Program-made: the position numbers and the translations under genes
Part shown: positions 28,544-38,977 of the stretch, one piece after another
Layout: each line of letters begins with the position of its first letter
How positions within the stretch are numbered: the stretch's first letter is position 1
Notes under the pieces: generated by a model
What the model saw: only the letters and a program-made list of their open reading frames with translations
Databases searched by the model: none
Told to the model about the DNA's origin: nothing
Source of the DNA: Chloroflexota bacterium
GTDB taxonomy: Bacteria > Chloroflexota > Anaerolineae > Epilineales > SHYO01
Direction of reading: 5' to 3'
Assembly: GCA_009692745.1 (NCBI GenBank)
Contig: SHYO01000003.1
Location: 1-58,586, forward strand
DNA: 58,586 bases

Positions 28544-29525
28544 TCTTTTTATCCTCCCGAGCGTGAGGATGTGCTTTCAGGTAGACCCGCCGGTTGTGTT
28601 GGTCTGACACATGGGTATAACGTTGGGTCGTAGCCACACGTTCGTGCCCTAGTAACTCCTGTACCACTCTCAAATTGGCACCACCTTCCAGCAGATGGGT
28701 GGCAAAGGTATGGCGCATCATATGCGGCCATACCCGGTGACCCAGGCCGGCAGTTTTGGCAGCAGCACTAACGATGCTTTGAATGCTGCGTTCTGTCAAA
28801 CGGCCGCCATATTTGTTCAGAAAAAGAGCTTCGACACGGGCGCGACTGCGGCCGGGATTGTGACTTAAGAGCACGGGCCGTCCATCGGCTATATAACGGG
28901 AGATAGCCTGAGCGGCCGGTTCGCCGATCATCACATCCCGCTCCTTCGCTCCTTTTCCTTCTACTCGTATAACGCGGGAGCCGGGCACAATGTCACTCAT
29001 TTTGAGGTTAGCGGCTTCACTTACACGCATGCCGGAGGCGTATAGTATCTCCAGGATGGCGATATCGCGTAGCTTGAGGGGGATGGATGTTTCCCGCGCT
29101 GTCTCTGCCAGGCGCGTTACAGTATCCAGGATGGTGTGGATCTCTGCCTCGGTTAAGGCTTTAGGCAAGAGTTGCGGCGCCCGCGGAGATTCGGCGTTCT
29201 CAAAAGGATTGATTTGCGCAATGCCCTCTCTTTGCAGGAATCTGCCGAAAGAGCGCAGCTCTGAGAGGCGGCGGGTAATGCTCGCAGGGGCTAATCCTCT
29301 ATTTACCAAGTCGCCCAGGTAGTGGCGAATGTGGCGCGGCAACAATTCTTCCCAACCGGGCGTAGCGGCAGGCAGCTTTTGGGAAACCAAGTATGCGATA
29401 AAATGGCCGATTTCCTGGCGATAATTGCGCAAAGTGTAGCGTGAAGCGTTCTTTTCGGCGCTCATGTAAGCCAGATATTGGTCCAGATACCGGTAAAGCA
29501 CATGATCATTCTGTGGGGTTGGCAT
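28533..29525 (-). CDS. xerC: Tyrosine recombinase XerC/XerD family
   Basis: SGMRVSE, GKG.KER, HMMRHTFATH, LLGH, TQRY intact; lies downstream of topA as chromosomal xerC usually does. Confidence 0.88.
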   Translation of the reverse strand: MPTPQNDHVLYRYLDQYLAYMSAEKNASRYTLRNYRQEIGHFIAYLVSQKLPAATPGWEELLPRHIRHYLGDLVNRGLAPASITRRLSELRSFGRFLQREGIAQINPFENAESPRAPQLLPKALTEAEIHTILDTVTRLAETARETSIPLKLRDIAILEILYASGMRVSEAANLKMSDIVPGSRVIRVEGKGAKERDVMIGEPAAQAISRYIADGRPVLLSHNPGRSRARVEALFLNKYGGRLTERSIQSIVSAAAKTAGLGHRVWPHMMRHTFATHLLEGGANLRVVQELLGHERVATTQRYTHVSDQHNRRVYLKAHPHAREDKKNEG

Positions 29526-29594
29526 AATTCTCCCGGATTCTATGAAGCAGAGCGTGGGGCGCGCTGGCCGCGCCCCAGGCATTACTCGTCAGAT

Positions 29595-32174
29595 TTATCC
29601 GGCAGCTTCAGCGCTGGATTGTGGTTGCTCTTCGGACTCGTGTAATTCGGTACGCTGGTTGCAGGTTAAACAAGAAGCCCAATTTTTGCCGGTCTGGACT
29701 AGCAAGCCACCACAGTGAGGGCATGGATGCGGTAGGGGTCGCTTCCAGTTACTGAATTCACAGGTAGGGTAATTGGAACAGCCGTAGAAAACGCGGCCCC
29801 GGCGTGTCCGTTTTTCAATCAGGTCACCGCCACATAGCGGACAGATGACCCCTATTTTGTTCAGAATGGGGCGGGTATACCGGCAGGTAGGGAAATTACG
29901 GCAGCCTATGAACTTGCCGAAGCGTCCGCTTTTGATCAGCAACGGGTTGCCACATTCGGGGCAGGGCTCGCCAAGCGGTTCATCCGGAATGCTGACCTTT
30001 TTCATGGTGGCCTCGGCCCGCTTCAATTCCTGAGAGAATGGACCGTAGAACTCCTTAAGCACGGGCACCCAGGCCTTTTCGCCCTCCGCTATCAAGTCCA
30101 GGTTTTCCTCCATGGCGGCAGTAAAGCTCAGATTGACAATATCGGGAAAGTGGTCGACCAGCAGATCGTTGACGATAAACCCCAGGTCAGATGGGATGAG
30201 TTTTTTCTCTTCGCGGAAAATATAGCCGCGCTCTTGAATGGTAGACATGATCGGGGCATAGGTGCTGGGCCGGCCAATGCCATGTTCCTCCATGTCCTTG
30301 ACCAGGGTGGCTTCGGTGTAGCGTGGCGGCGGCTGGGTGAAATGCTGTTCCGGGAAGAGGCCCAAAAGGTCCAGCTCCTCTTGCTCCGAGAGAGGAGGTA
30401 GGATTTTCCCCTTGCCTTCTTCTTCCGTCTGGCCTTCGTCCCGTCCCTCTTCGTAGACGGACAGGAAGCCCGGAAATTTGATCAGCCAGCCGGTGGCGCG
30501 GAAGATATATGGCCCGGTAGGCGTCTGACCGGCGCGAATATCGACGGCGGTGATATCCAGAACGGCCGAAGCCATCTGGCTGGCAACAAAACGCTTCCAG
30601 ATTAGCTCGTAGAGCCGGTGTTGTTCGCGGGAAAGGAAGGCTACCATCCTATTGGGCTCGCGGAGGACACTAGTTGGCCGGATGGCTTCGTGGGCTTCCT
30701 GGGCGCCCCTGGCCCGGGTTTTGTACATGGGTGGCTCAGGAGGAACATAGTCCTGGCCATATTTATTGATGATGTACCCCCGTGCCTCTTTCTGGGCAGG
30801 CTCTGCGACCTGGGGGGAGTCGGTACGCATGTACGTGATCAGACCGACGGTGCCTTCGGCGCCGATGTCGATGCCCTCATAAAGTTGTTGGGCGATCATC
30901 ATGGTGCGGCGAGTCTGGAAGCCCAGCCGGCGGGAGGCTTCTTGTTGCAGCGTGCTGGTAATGAAAGGGGCCGCCGGGTTGCGCCGGCGCTCGCTCTTCT
31001 TGATGCGATCTACAATGTAGGTGGCGCCTTCCAATTGCTTGAGGACTGCTTGGGCATTCCCTTCATTGTGCAGCTCGGCATCTTTCTCACCGATTTTGAT
31101 CAATTTTGCGCGAAAGCTTTGGGGGGCATGAGGCTTGCGGCGTCCATCCCGTTTACCGTCCGGCAGTTGCTGTTTGGTAAGCTCGGCTTCCAGTGACCAG
31201 TATTCTACGTTAACAAAATTTTGGATTTCGCGTTCGCGCTCTACAACCAGGCGGACTGCCACAGATTGGACCCGGCCGGCCGAAAGACGGCTTTTGACCT
31301 TTTCCCAAAGCAGGGGGCTGATCTGATAGCCAACGAGTCGGTCGAGAATCCGCCGCGCCTGCTGGGCATTAACCAGCTCCATGTCAATCTGGCGCGGGTG
31401 AGCAAAAGCCTCAGCAATAGCCTCAGGGGTAATTTCATGGAAAACTACCCGGTGCATGATTTCCGGCGGAATGTTGGCGGTCTCGACCAGATGCCAGGCG
31501 ATAGCTTCCCCCTCGCGGTCAGGATCTGTAGCCAGGTAAATTTCCTTGGCTTGCTTAACTTGTTGCTGCAGTTCCTTGACCACATCACGCTTTTCCAGGG
31601 GTACACGATAGGTAGGCTCGAAGTCATGCTCCACATCCACACTCAGGCGGGAGCGGAGCAGATCGCGAATATGGCCGACGGATGCTTTGACTTGGTAATC
31701 GCGGCCCAGAAATTTACCGATGGTGCGGGCTTTGGTAGGGGATTCGACAATGACAAGTTTTTGGCCGCCGCCGCGCGTGCCGCTGGTCTGGCCCGCTGAA
31801 GCACGGGAGGAGGCTGTGCGGAAGTTGCCAGAGCGCACGGCTCCAGCTTTATTTTTGCTTGCTACCTTCTTTTTACCTTTAGTAGTTGAGGTGCTGGTTG
31901 CAGCCTTGCCCTTTGCGCCAGGGCCAACTGGGCTCTGTTTGCCACCGGAGGATGGGCGGGTGGCTTTGGCCGCCGTAACCGCTCCGGCAGTTCCATTAAT
32001 CGGTGGTGGGGTAAGGCGCGCGTGCGCCTCGGTCTCGCCGAAGCGTGTCATTTTTGTGCCGCAGACGGTGCAGACACCGCGCGTAATCGGGCGGCCATTG
32101 GCGGCAAAAGTGGCTTCAGCCTGGGTGATCTCTCGCTGTACCTTGCATTTGACACAATATCCTGTAACTTCCAA
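29595..32174 (-). CDS. topA: DNA topoisomerase I (type IA) with extra N-terminal zinc ribbon and basic linker
   Basis: LVIVESPTK, ATDPDREGE, SAGRVQS, ITYMRTD, C-terminal zinc fingers. Confidence 0.97.
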   Translation of the reverse strand: MEVTGYCVKCKVQREITQAEATFAANGRPITRGVCTVCGTKMTRFGETEAHARLTPPPINGTAGAVTAAKATRPSSGGKQSPVGPGAKGKAATSTSTTKGKKKVASKNKAGAVRSGNFRTASSRASAGQTSGTRGGGQKLVIVESPTKARTIGKFLGRDYQVKASVGHIRDLLRSRLSVDVEHDFEPTYRVPLEKRDVVKELQQQVKQAKEIYLATDPDREGEAIAWHLVETANIPPEIMHRVVFHEITPEAIAEAFAHPRQIDMELVNAQQARRILDRLVGYQISPLLWEKVKSRLSAGRVQSVAVRLVVEREREIQNFVNVEYWSLEAELTKQQLPDGKRDGRRKPHAPQSFRAKLIKIGEKDAELHNEGNAQAVLKQLEGATYIVDRIKKSERRRNPAAPFITSTLQQEASRRLGFQTRRTMMIAQQLYEGIDIGAEGTVGLITYMRTDSPQVAEPAQKEARGYIINKYGQDYVPPEPPMYKTRARGAQEAHEAIRPTSVLREPNRMVAFLSREQHRLYELIWKRFVASQMASAVLDITAVDIRAGQTPTGPYIFRATGWLIKFPGFLSVYEEGRDEGQTEEEGKGKILPPLSEQEELDLLGLFPEQHFTQPPPRYTEATLVKDMEEHGIGRPSTYAPIMSTIQERGYIFREEKKLIPSDLGFIVNDLLVDHFPDIVNLSFTAAMEENLDLIAEGEKAWVPVLKEFYGPFSQELKRAEATMKKVSIPDEPLGEPCPECGNPLLIKSGRFGKFIGCRNFPTCRYTRPILNKIGVICPLCGGDLIEKRTRRGRVFYGCSNYPTCEFSNWKRPLPHPCPHCGGLLVQTGKNWASCLTCNQRTELHESEEQPQSSAEAAG

Positions 32175-32265
32175 GATGATTTTAACCTCGCTTAATGAAA
32201 TCTGACTATATTAGGGTTCGAGGCGCTGACCACGCTCGAACAGGTGAATGCTATATCATAGATTG

Positions 32266-33348
32266 TTATAGATATTCCTTGCGGTTCGTCGCTTTAAGCT
32301 GCTCTACAATCTGCTTCACATCCTGGACCCGATCCCGGGCACAGATCAACAGGGCATCCGGGGTATCGACGATGACCAGGTCCTCTACACCAACAGTGGC
32401 GATAATCCGGCCATCCCCAAAGATTAGGGTGCCTTTGGTGTCCACTGCCACATGATCGCCCACGACAGCATTTTGCTCCGCATTCTGAGATATCAGGTGG
32501 TAAACCGCTTCCCAGCTACCGACATCATTCCAACCTACATTGGCGGGAACGACTGCTGCACGATCGGTGTGTTCCATAACGCCCTGGTCGATAGTGACGT
32601 TGGGCAGTGTGGGCCAAATCTCTGCTACCAGCCGGTTTTGATCGGCTGTGCCCAAGGCGGCTGCCAACCGGTGCATAGGGGCCATCAATTCCGGCAAGAG
32701 GCGTTCCATCTCGCCGATAATTTTGTCGACCCGCCATGTAAAGATACCACTATTCCATAAATAAATCTTCTCGGCAATGAAAGATGTGGCGGTCTCCAGG
32801 TTCGGTTTTTCGATGAATTGGGCGATATGATAGGCTGCGATGTGATTGTAAATGCCTATCGTGGCCCCCTGTTGGATGTAGCCATATCCTGTCTCAGGCG
32901 CAGTGGGCGTAATACCTAGGGTTACCAGGTAATCTTCTGCGGCTACGCAGGCGGCAGATTGGAGTACTTCACGAAAGGCAGGCTCATTTTCGATATGATG
33001 ATCGGCGTGCAAGGAGAACATGATGCCTTGCGGGTTGCGCTGCCGTACCAGCAAAGCCCCGGCCGCGATAGCTGGAGCTGTGCCTCGCCCCACCGGTTCG
33101 CCGAAGACGTTTTCCGGGGGGAGTTGCGGCAATTGCTCCTGGACAGATGAGACATAGCTTTCATTGGTTAGTACAAAGATCTGATCGGCCGGAACTATCG
33201 GCAGAATGCGTGCCAGGGTTACTTGTAGCATGGTGACATTCCGCTGTACCAGGGGCAGTAATTGCTTGGGCAACCGCGCACGGCTCAGGGGCCAAAGGCG
33301 GGTGCCTACTCCCCCGGCCAGAATGACAGCAAAATAAGGATTTCCCAT
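32266..33348 (-). CDS. manC: Mannose-1-phosphate guanylyltransferase
   Basis: LAGGVGTRLWPLSR..PKQ, ETGYGYI, FIEKP, WNSGIF, WNDVGSW. Confidence 0.9.
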   Translation of the reverse strand: MGNPYFAVILAGGVGTRLWPLSRARLPKQLLPLVQRNVTMLQVTLARILPIVPADQIFVLTNESYVSSVQEQLPQLPPENVFGEPVGRGTAPAIAAGALLVRQRNPQGIMFSLHADHHIENEPAFREVLQSAACVAAEDYLVTLGITPTAPETGYGYIQQGATIGIYNHIAAYHIAQFIEKPNLETATSFIAEKIYLWNSGIFTWRVDKIIGEMERLLPELMAPMHRLAAALGTADQNRLVAEIWPTLPNVTIDQGVMEHTDRAAVVPANVGWNDVGSWEAVYHLISQNAEQNAVVGDHVAVDTKGTLIFGDGRIIATVGVEDLVIVDTPDALLICARDRVQDVKQIVEQLKATNRKEYL

Positions 33349-33403
33349 AGGTTAGATGCCTCGCAGGTCGTTGCCAGGGCTGGTTAGAAGCATGTCTTCC
33401 GTA

Positions 33404-34531
33404 TTACGCACGTACGTATTGCATATTGCCTGCCTGGCGTACCATACCCTTTAATTCCATGAGCGTCAGGGTGGCGGAAATCTCGGCGATAGGCAGATTG
33501 CAGGATCGTCCCAACTCATCAATATGCACAGGTTCATCGCTAAGATGGTTGAGCAATTGTTGCTCGGTGGGATTGGCGGGAATGATATCGCGCACGATCT
33601 GTTGTTCGTTGATCATATGCAGGTTCAACTGCTCAAGAATATCCCGTACTTCCCCCACTGGGTGAGCTCCATCTCGAATTAACCGATTTGTGCCGGTGCT
33701 GTTACGCACATTAATATTGCCGGGAACGGCGAAAACATCCCGGCCTTGCTCGGCGGCAAAGGAAGCGGTGATTAAAGCGCCACTTTTTTCGCTGGCCTGT
33801 ACCACCACGAGGCCCAAGGAAAGACCGCTGATAATGCGATTGCGCGGTGGAAAATTTACGCCATCCGGTTTGGTGCCCAGGGCATAATCGCTGATCAGGG
33901 CGCCGTGACCTGCGATAATATTCTCAGCCAGACGCCAATTTTCCGGTGGGTAGATAACGTCTACGCCGCTCCCCAGGACAGCCAGGGTGCGACCGCCGGC
34001 CTTGAGGGCTCCCTGGTGGGCGCAGGTGTCCACACCGCGCGCCAGGCCACTGACCACCGTAATGCCATTGCTGGCAAGGCCTTCCGCCAGGTTGACAGCG
34101 ATATCTCGACCATAGCTGGTGGGTGTGCGTGTGCCTACGATGCCTACGGCAAATTCATCTTGGGGCAAATAATCTCCCCTAAAGTATAGCACCGGTGGCG
34201 CAGTATCAATATCGCGCAGCAGCCGGGGATAGCCAGCGGTTTGCCAGGTTTCCACCCTGACGTTGAGCGCAGCCAGGCGACCCAATTCTTTGCCCGGGTC
34301 CAGATGGGACCGGATCTGCAACAGATTCTCTAAAGGTCGGCCATCCAGGCCGGCAGCTTTCAGAGCCAGGGGATTGGCGCGCCAGGCTGCGTGCAGATTG
34401 CCGAAGTGTTCAAGCAACAGGCGGAATCGCACTGGGCCGACACCTTGTACCTGGTTGAAGGCGACCCAACAGGCAATTTCACCTGCCTCTGGCGCCGGAT
34501 TTGCGTGTTTGTCTATAGAATCGGTGCGCAG
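33404..34531 (-). CDS. dprA: DNA-processing protein DprA (probable CTG start)
   Basis: IVGTR, VSGLARGVD, FPPRNRIISG, SGALITA, winged-helix tail. The frame is open upstream of GTG 34432 through WVAFNQVQGVGP. Confidence 0.93.
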   Translation of the reverse strand: MRTDSIDKHANPAPEAGEIACWVAFNQVQGVGPVRFRLLLEHFGNLHAAWRANPLALKAAGLDGRPLENLLQIRSHLDPGKELGRLAALNVRVETWQTAGYPRLLRDIDTAPPVLYFRGDYLPQDEFAVGIVGTRTPTSYGRDIAVNLAEGLASNGITVVSGLARGVDTCAHQGALKAGGRTLAVLGSGVDVIYPPENWRLAENIIAGHGALISDYALGTKPDGVNFPPRNRIISGLSLGLVVVQASEKSGALITASFAAEQGRDVFAVPGNINVRNSTGTNRLIRDGAHPVGEVRDILEQLNLHMINEQQIVRDIIPANPTEQQLLNHLSDEPVHIDELGRSCNLPIAEISATLTLMELKGMVRQAGNMQYVRA

Positions 34532-34570
34532 GAGAATGCTCCCCCTTCAGGATATGTTGTCAATCCTATC

Positions 34571-34599
34571 ATCTTAAACAGTTGCCTTCAAGTTGTCAA
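34571..34599 (-). promoter_or_regulatory. Candidate dprA promoter
   Basis: Minus strand TTGACA-17 nt-TAAGAT. Confidence 0.5.
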
Positions 34600-34615
34600 G
34601 GGGTGGCGGAAAATT

Positions 34616-34643
34616 GACAGGACCGGGTTTTTCCGGTCCTGTC
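34616..34643 (-). terminator. Hairpin/terminator after the epimerase gene
   Basis: GACAGGACCGG-6 nt-CCGGTCCTGTC; followed by AATTTT on the minus strand. Confidence 0.55.
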
Positions 34644-34677
34644 TGGATGATTTGTATAACTAAGCATCGCATTGATT

Positions 34678-35667
34678 TTATTGACTGCTGTGCCATTTTT
34701 GGAGTAACTCTGCTTCGCGCTCGGGGTTTAGGCCGTTGCGCAGGGGCTCGCCGGCGGGGCGGGTTATATCCCAGGTTAAGGTATCGGCGGCAGTGGCAGC
34801 CAGGGGGCGGCACGTCAGGCCAGTAGCGAAGGCCTTGCGGCTGTCGACGGTCAGGATGCCATGAGCAGATTGGGGCAGCCACAAAGGTAATTCGGTGAAA
34901 GGCGCCACTTGATGTTGCCGCAGAAACTCCTCGGTTACCCAGGTGAAAGTGGCCTGGCTGTGGGCCACATCCCGCGAGGTTTCCAGCAGCTCGCCCATAG
35001 TGAGGGGATAGTCAGGCCCGGTGGTATTATAAACGCCGGTTTGCCCGGTTTCGATCATTTTGATGGTCCAGGTGGAGAGGTCGCGCACATCAATAACCTG
35101 TACCGGGTAGTGGGGTTGCCCTGGGGCCAGGACTTCCCCGCCTTGGGCGATGCGATGCAGCCAATAGGTGAAGCGATCGGTGGGATCGTAAGGACCGGCG
35201 ATCAGCCCGGGGCGTACTTGTAGCACCCGTCCGGGCAATGCCTGCTCGGCGACCTGCTCGCACAGCACTTTCAACGGGCCGTAGGTTTCGCCGGTGATTT
35301 GCTCTACGGTTGGATCTGCCAGAGTGGCGAGTGGGCTGTGCTCGTCGGCGCCAGGATTACTTATTTCTCCGTAGACAGAGATGGTGGAGATGAAGGTATA
35401 GTGGCGCGTGGCGTTGGAGAGGTACTCTGCCGAAGCGCGCACAATTCTGGGAATGTAGCCACAGGTATCGATAACGGCATCCCATTGCCGCCTGGCGAGG
35501 CTGCCCATCTCCCCATCACGGTTGCCGCGCAGCTTTTCAACCTGGGGAAAGAGATCAGGGTTGTGTTGCCCGCGGTTAAAAAGGGTCACTCCGTGGCCAC
35601 GGGCAAGGGCAGCCTCGACAAGATGGCGGCCGAGGAAGATGGTGCCTCCCAGGATCAGTATTTTCAC
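34678..35667 (-). CDS. NAD-dependent epimerase/dehydratase (atypical SDR, isoflavone-reductase-like)
   Basis: LGGTIFLG, FNRG, YGPLK, RPGLI.GP.D. Confidence 0.9.
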   Translation of the reverse strand: MKILILGGTIFLGRHLVEAALARGHGVTLFNRGQHNPDLFPQVEKLRGNRDGEMGSLARRQWDAVIDTCGYIPRIVRASAEYLSNATRHYTFISTISVYGEISNPGADEHSPLATLADPTVEQITGETYGPLKVLCEQVAEQALPGRVLQVRPGLIAGPYDPTDRFTYWLHRIAQGGEVLAPGQPHYPVQVIDVRDLSTWTIKMIETGQTGVYNTTGPDYPLTMGELLETSRDVAHSQATFTWVTEEFLRQHQVAPFTELPLWLPQSAHGILTVDSRKAFATGLTCRPLAATAADTLTWDITRPAGEPLRNGLNPEREAELLQKWHSSQ

Positions 35668-35715
35668 GATACAGGCACTCCTTTGGACAATTTAGCACAT
35701 TTTCCAGCAGTGATT

Positions 35716-38514
35716 TTATGCCTGGTCCGACATAAGTTGCCGTAGTACGTATTGCAGGATGCCGCCGTGGCGGTAATATTGGATCTCCTGCGGCGTATCG
35801 ATACGTACGGTGGCGGTGAACTCTACAACGCCGCCATCCTCACGGGTGGCGCGCACCTTTACGTCACGTCCATCGGCAAAGCCGGTAGCGATGGCTTCGG
35901 AAAACCCAATGACGTCGTAGGTCTCACGGCCGGTAAGACCCAGGGAATCAACGGATTCCTCTGCTATGAATTGGAGTGGCAGGATGCCAAAACCTACCAG
36001 GTTGGAGCGATGGATGCGCTCGTAACTTTGGGCGATGACGACCTTAACGCCGAGCAGGTAGGGGCCTTTGGCGGCATAATCCCGGCTGGAGCCGGAGCCA
36101 TACTCCGTGCCGGCGAGGACGATAAGGGGGATGCTCTCAGCCATGTACTTCATGGCTGCATCGTAGATGGACATGACTTCGCCGGTTTTCAAATAGGTGG
36201 TCACGCCACCTTCGGTACCTGGGGCCAGTTGGTTGCGCAGCCGCACGTTGGCGAAGGTGCCGCGCATCATGATGTCATCGTTGCCGCGGCGGGTGCCGTA
36301 GGTATTGAAATCTTTGGGCTCTACGCCGTGGGCTATCAGGTACTCTCCCGCCGGAGATTTTACCTTGATACTGCCGGCCGGGGAGATGTGGTCTGTGGTG
36401 ATACTATTGCCCAAGACTGCCAGCGCGCGGGCGTTGCGAATATCTTCTACCGTGGTTGGGGCCTGGCGGGGCATGTTGTCGAAGAAGGGCGGATGCTTAA
36501 CATAGGTAGACTCGGTGCTCCAATTGTAGAGCTCGCTATCTGGTACTTCCAGGGAGTTCCAGAGCTCATCGCCTTTGAATACATCGCCATAGCTTTGTTG
36601 GTACATATCGGATTGGATGGACTCGCCGATGATTTGGGCGACTTCCCGGCGGGAAGGCCAGAGATCGCGCAGGTATACCGGGTTGCCCTCAGGATCTGTG
36701 CCCAGCGGATCTTGCAATAAATTAACGTCGATGCGCCCGGCCAGGGCGTACGCCACGACCAAAGGCGGGGACATCAGATAGTTGGCTTTCACCTCCGACT
36801 GGATGCGGCCCTCGAAGTTGCGGTTGCCGGAGAGAACAGAAGCGACCACCAGGTCGCCTTGGTCAATGGCCGCGGAGATCTCACTAGGGAGCGGTCCTGA
36901 GTTGCCGATGCAGGTAGTACACCCATAGCCAACCGTGTGGAAGCGGAGCTGCTCCAGGTAAGGGGTCAGGCCGGCTTTATCCAGATATCGAGTGACAACT
37001 TTGGACCCCGGGGCCAGGGAAGTTTTGACCCACGGCTTTGTCATCAGCCCGTGCTCAACAGCATTTTTGGCCAGCAAGCCGGCGGCAACCATTACCGAGG
37101 GGTTAGAAGTATTAGTACAACTGGTGATGGCCGAGATCACGATGGAGCCGTGGTCCAACACATGTTCGACATTTTCGAGCATAAATCGTACGCCGGTGGG
37201 AGTACTGAGAGGCCCTGGGGCCTCCATTTGATCCTGGCTAGCGCCTGCACCTTTCGTACGCTCGACTTGCTTATCCTTGGTGGCGGATCCAGCAGGGTTG
37301 AGGATCAGGGGCAGGGATTTTTTGAAAGACTGTGCAGCTTGGGAAAGGAGAACCCGGTCCTGGGGGCGCTTGGGCCCGGCGATGCTGGGCTCAACCTCGG
37401 AGAGGTCGAGGGTTAAAGTATCTGAGTATTCGGCCTCTGGGCTTTCCGGAGAATGGAAGAGTCCCTGCTCTTTCATATAGGCTTCGACCAGGGCAACCTG
37501 CTCTGCGGGTCGGCCGGTTAAACGCAAGTACCGGAGGGTCTCATTATCTACGGGGAAAATGGCGACCGTGGCGCCGTACTCCGGGGACATATTGCCCACG
37601 GTGGCGCGGTCGGCGAGGGGCATATTGGCTAACCCCGGCCCATAGAACTCGACGAATTTGCCAACTACCCCTTTCTTGCGCAGTATTTCCGTGACGGTCA
37701 GAACCATGTCCGTGGCGGTAGTCCCCTCGCGCAGTTGGCCGACTAATTTAAATCCAACTACCTGGGGGATAAGCATAGAAACTGGCTGACCCAGCATAGC
37801 GGCCTCTGCCTCAATCCCACCAACACCCCAACCCAGAACGCCGAGCCCGTTGACCATAGTGGTATGGGAATCGGTGCCGATAAGGGTATCAGGGTAGGCC
37901 TGAGGCAATCCATAGTGTCCCAGCATCGGTGTGCCTTCGGTGGCAAAGACCACCCGGGAAAGATATTCCAGATTTACTTGGTGGACGATACCGGTATCTG
38001 GGGGGACGACTTTGAAATTTTTAAAGGCTTTTTGTCCCCATCTTAAAAAGGCGTAACGCTCGTGATTGCGCTGAAATTCCATCTCGGCATTGATCAGGAG
38101 CGCCGCTTGGGAGCCATAGGCATCAACCTGGACGGAGTGATCGATAACCAGTTCGGCCGGGATGAGCGGGTTGATGAGCGCTGGATCTCCGCCCAACTGG
38201 GCCATAGCATCACGCATGGCGGCCAGATCTACGACACAGGCCACACCGGTGAAATCCTGCATGAGTACCCGGGCAGGGGTGAAGGCCATTTCATAGTCAG
38301 GAACTGCCGTGGAGTTCCACGCCGCGAGGAATCGGATATCATCAGCACTGACATTTTTGCCGTCCTCGGTACGTAACAGATTTTCAAGCAATATGCGTAA
38401 GGAATAGGGGAGTCTTGAGATGGGCAAGCCTGCTTTCTCCAAGGCGTCCAGGCGATAGATTTCATATTCACGACCTCCAACTTTCAAGGTCGAACGCGCG
38501 TCAAAACTATTCAT
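35716..38514 (-). CDS. acnA: Aconitate hydratase A
   Basis: [45 protein letters not shown] 38514 follows AGGAGG. Confidence 0.97.
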   Translation of the reverse strand: MNSFDARSTLKVGGREYEIYRLDALEKAGLPISRLPYSLRILLENLLRTEDGKNVSADDIRFLAAWNSTAVPDYEMAFTPARVLMQDFTGVACVVDLAAMRDAMAQLGGDPALINPLIPAELVIDHSVQVDAYGSQAALLINAEMEFQRNHERYAFLRWGQKAFKNFKVVPPDTGIVHQVNLEYLSRVVFATEGTPMLGHYGLPQAYPDTLIGTDSHTTMVNGLGVLGWGVGGIEAEAAMLGQPVSMLIPQVVGFKLVGQLREGTTATDMVLTVTEILRKKGVVGKFVEFYGPGLANMPLADRATVGNMSPEYGATVAIFPVDNETLRYLRLTGRPAEQVALVEAYMKEQGLFHSPESPEAEYSDTLTLDLSEVEPSIAGPKRPQDRVLLSQAAQSFKKSLPLILNPAGSATKDKQVERTKGAGASQDQMEAPGPLSTPTGVRFMLENVEHVLDHGSIVISAITSCTNTSNPSVMVAAGLLAKNAVEHGLMTKPWVKTSLAPGSKVVTRYLDKAGLTPYLEQLRFHTVGYGCTTCIGNSGPLPSEISAAIDQGDLVVASVLSGNRNFEGRIQSEVKANYLMSPPLVVAYALAGRIDVNLLQDPLGTDPEGNPVYLRDLWPSRREVAQIIGESIQSDMYQQSYGDVFKGDELWNSLEVPDSELYNWSTESTYVKHPPFFDNMPRQAPTTVEDIRNARALAVLGNSITTDHISPAGSIKVKSPAGEYLIAHGVEPKDFNTYGTRRGNDDIMMRGTFANVRLRNQLAPGTEGGVTTYLKTGEVMSIYDAAMKYMAESIPLIVLAGTEYGSGSSRDYAAKGPYLLGVKVVIAQSYERIHRSNLVGFGILPLQFIAEESVDSLGLTGRETYDVIGFSEAIATGFADGRDVKVRATREDGGVVEFTATVRIDTPQEIQYYRHGGILQYVLRQLMSDQA

Positions 38515-38713
38515 GATTTTTGCCTCCTGCGATATGATTCTTGAAGGGGCGTTCTCCGGTTGAGTATCCACCTTTGCTTACCGACCGGATGTCGCTACCT
38601 TCAGGTTTTACTGAAATGATTTTACCAGGCATAGCTTGCCGGGATCTTGCCTGTTGGAATGGGTGGTAATTATCTATATTATAATCTAAATTCTCTTCTT
38701 AGACATCTTAGCC

Positions 38714-38743
38714 TTGACACTGTTTTTCGCCTCGTGGTATAAT
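38714..38743 (+). promoter_or_regulatory. Consensus promoter for the IclR gene
   Basis: TTGACA-18 nt-TATAAT with extended -10 TG. Confidence 0.75.
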
Positions 38744-38977
38744 TGATGAAAGAAAGTGCAAAACCTTGTTTCTTAATTGTGAAACCTCTGGTCTAACCGG
38801 CTGACCCACAAGCATTTGGATTAATTTGCCTTCGCCCGGTTAGAAATCACCGAATTTTTAAGTAAGTGCTTACCAACCGGTTGAAATTGGTGCGCGCCAT
38901 TTGCAAGTATTCCCATTGTAGCTTTTGATGTTTACTGACAATTTTGATTTGAGCGCTTGGGAACTACGAGGAAAAAA

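Noticed and set aside
28533-29525. Tyrosine recombinase as a phage/island integrase
   Set aside because: The dprA-topA-xerC context is housekeeping; no att sites or mobile cargo seen.
35752-36720. 322-aa plus-strand ORF
   Set aside because: Antisense shadow of acnA; no motifs.
38768-38785. Possible parS site
   Set aside because: The centre and spacing do not match TGTTTCACGTGAAACA.
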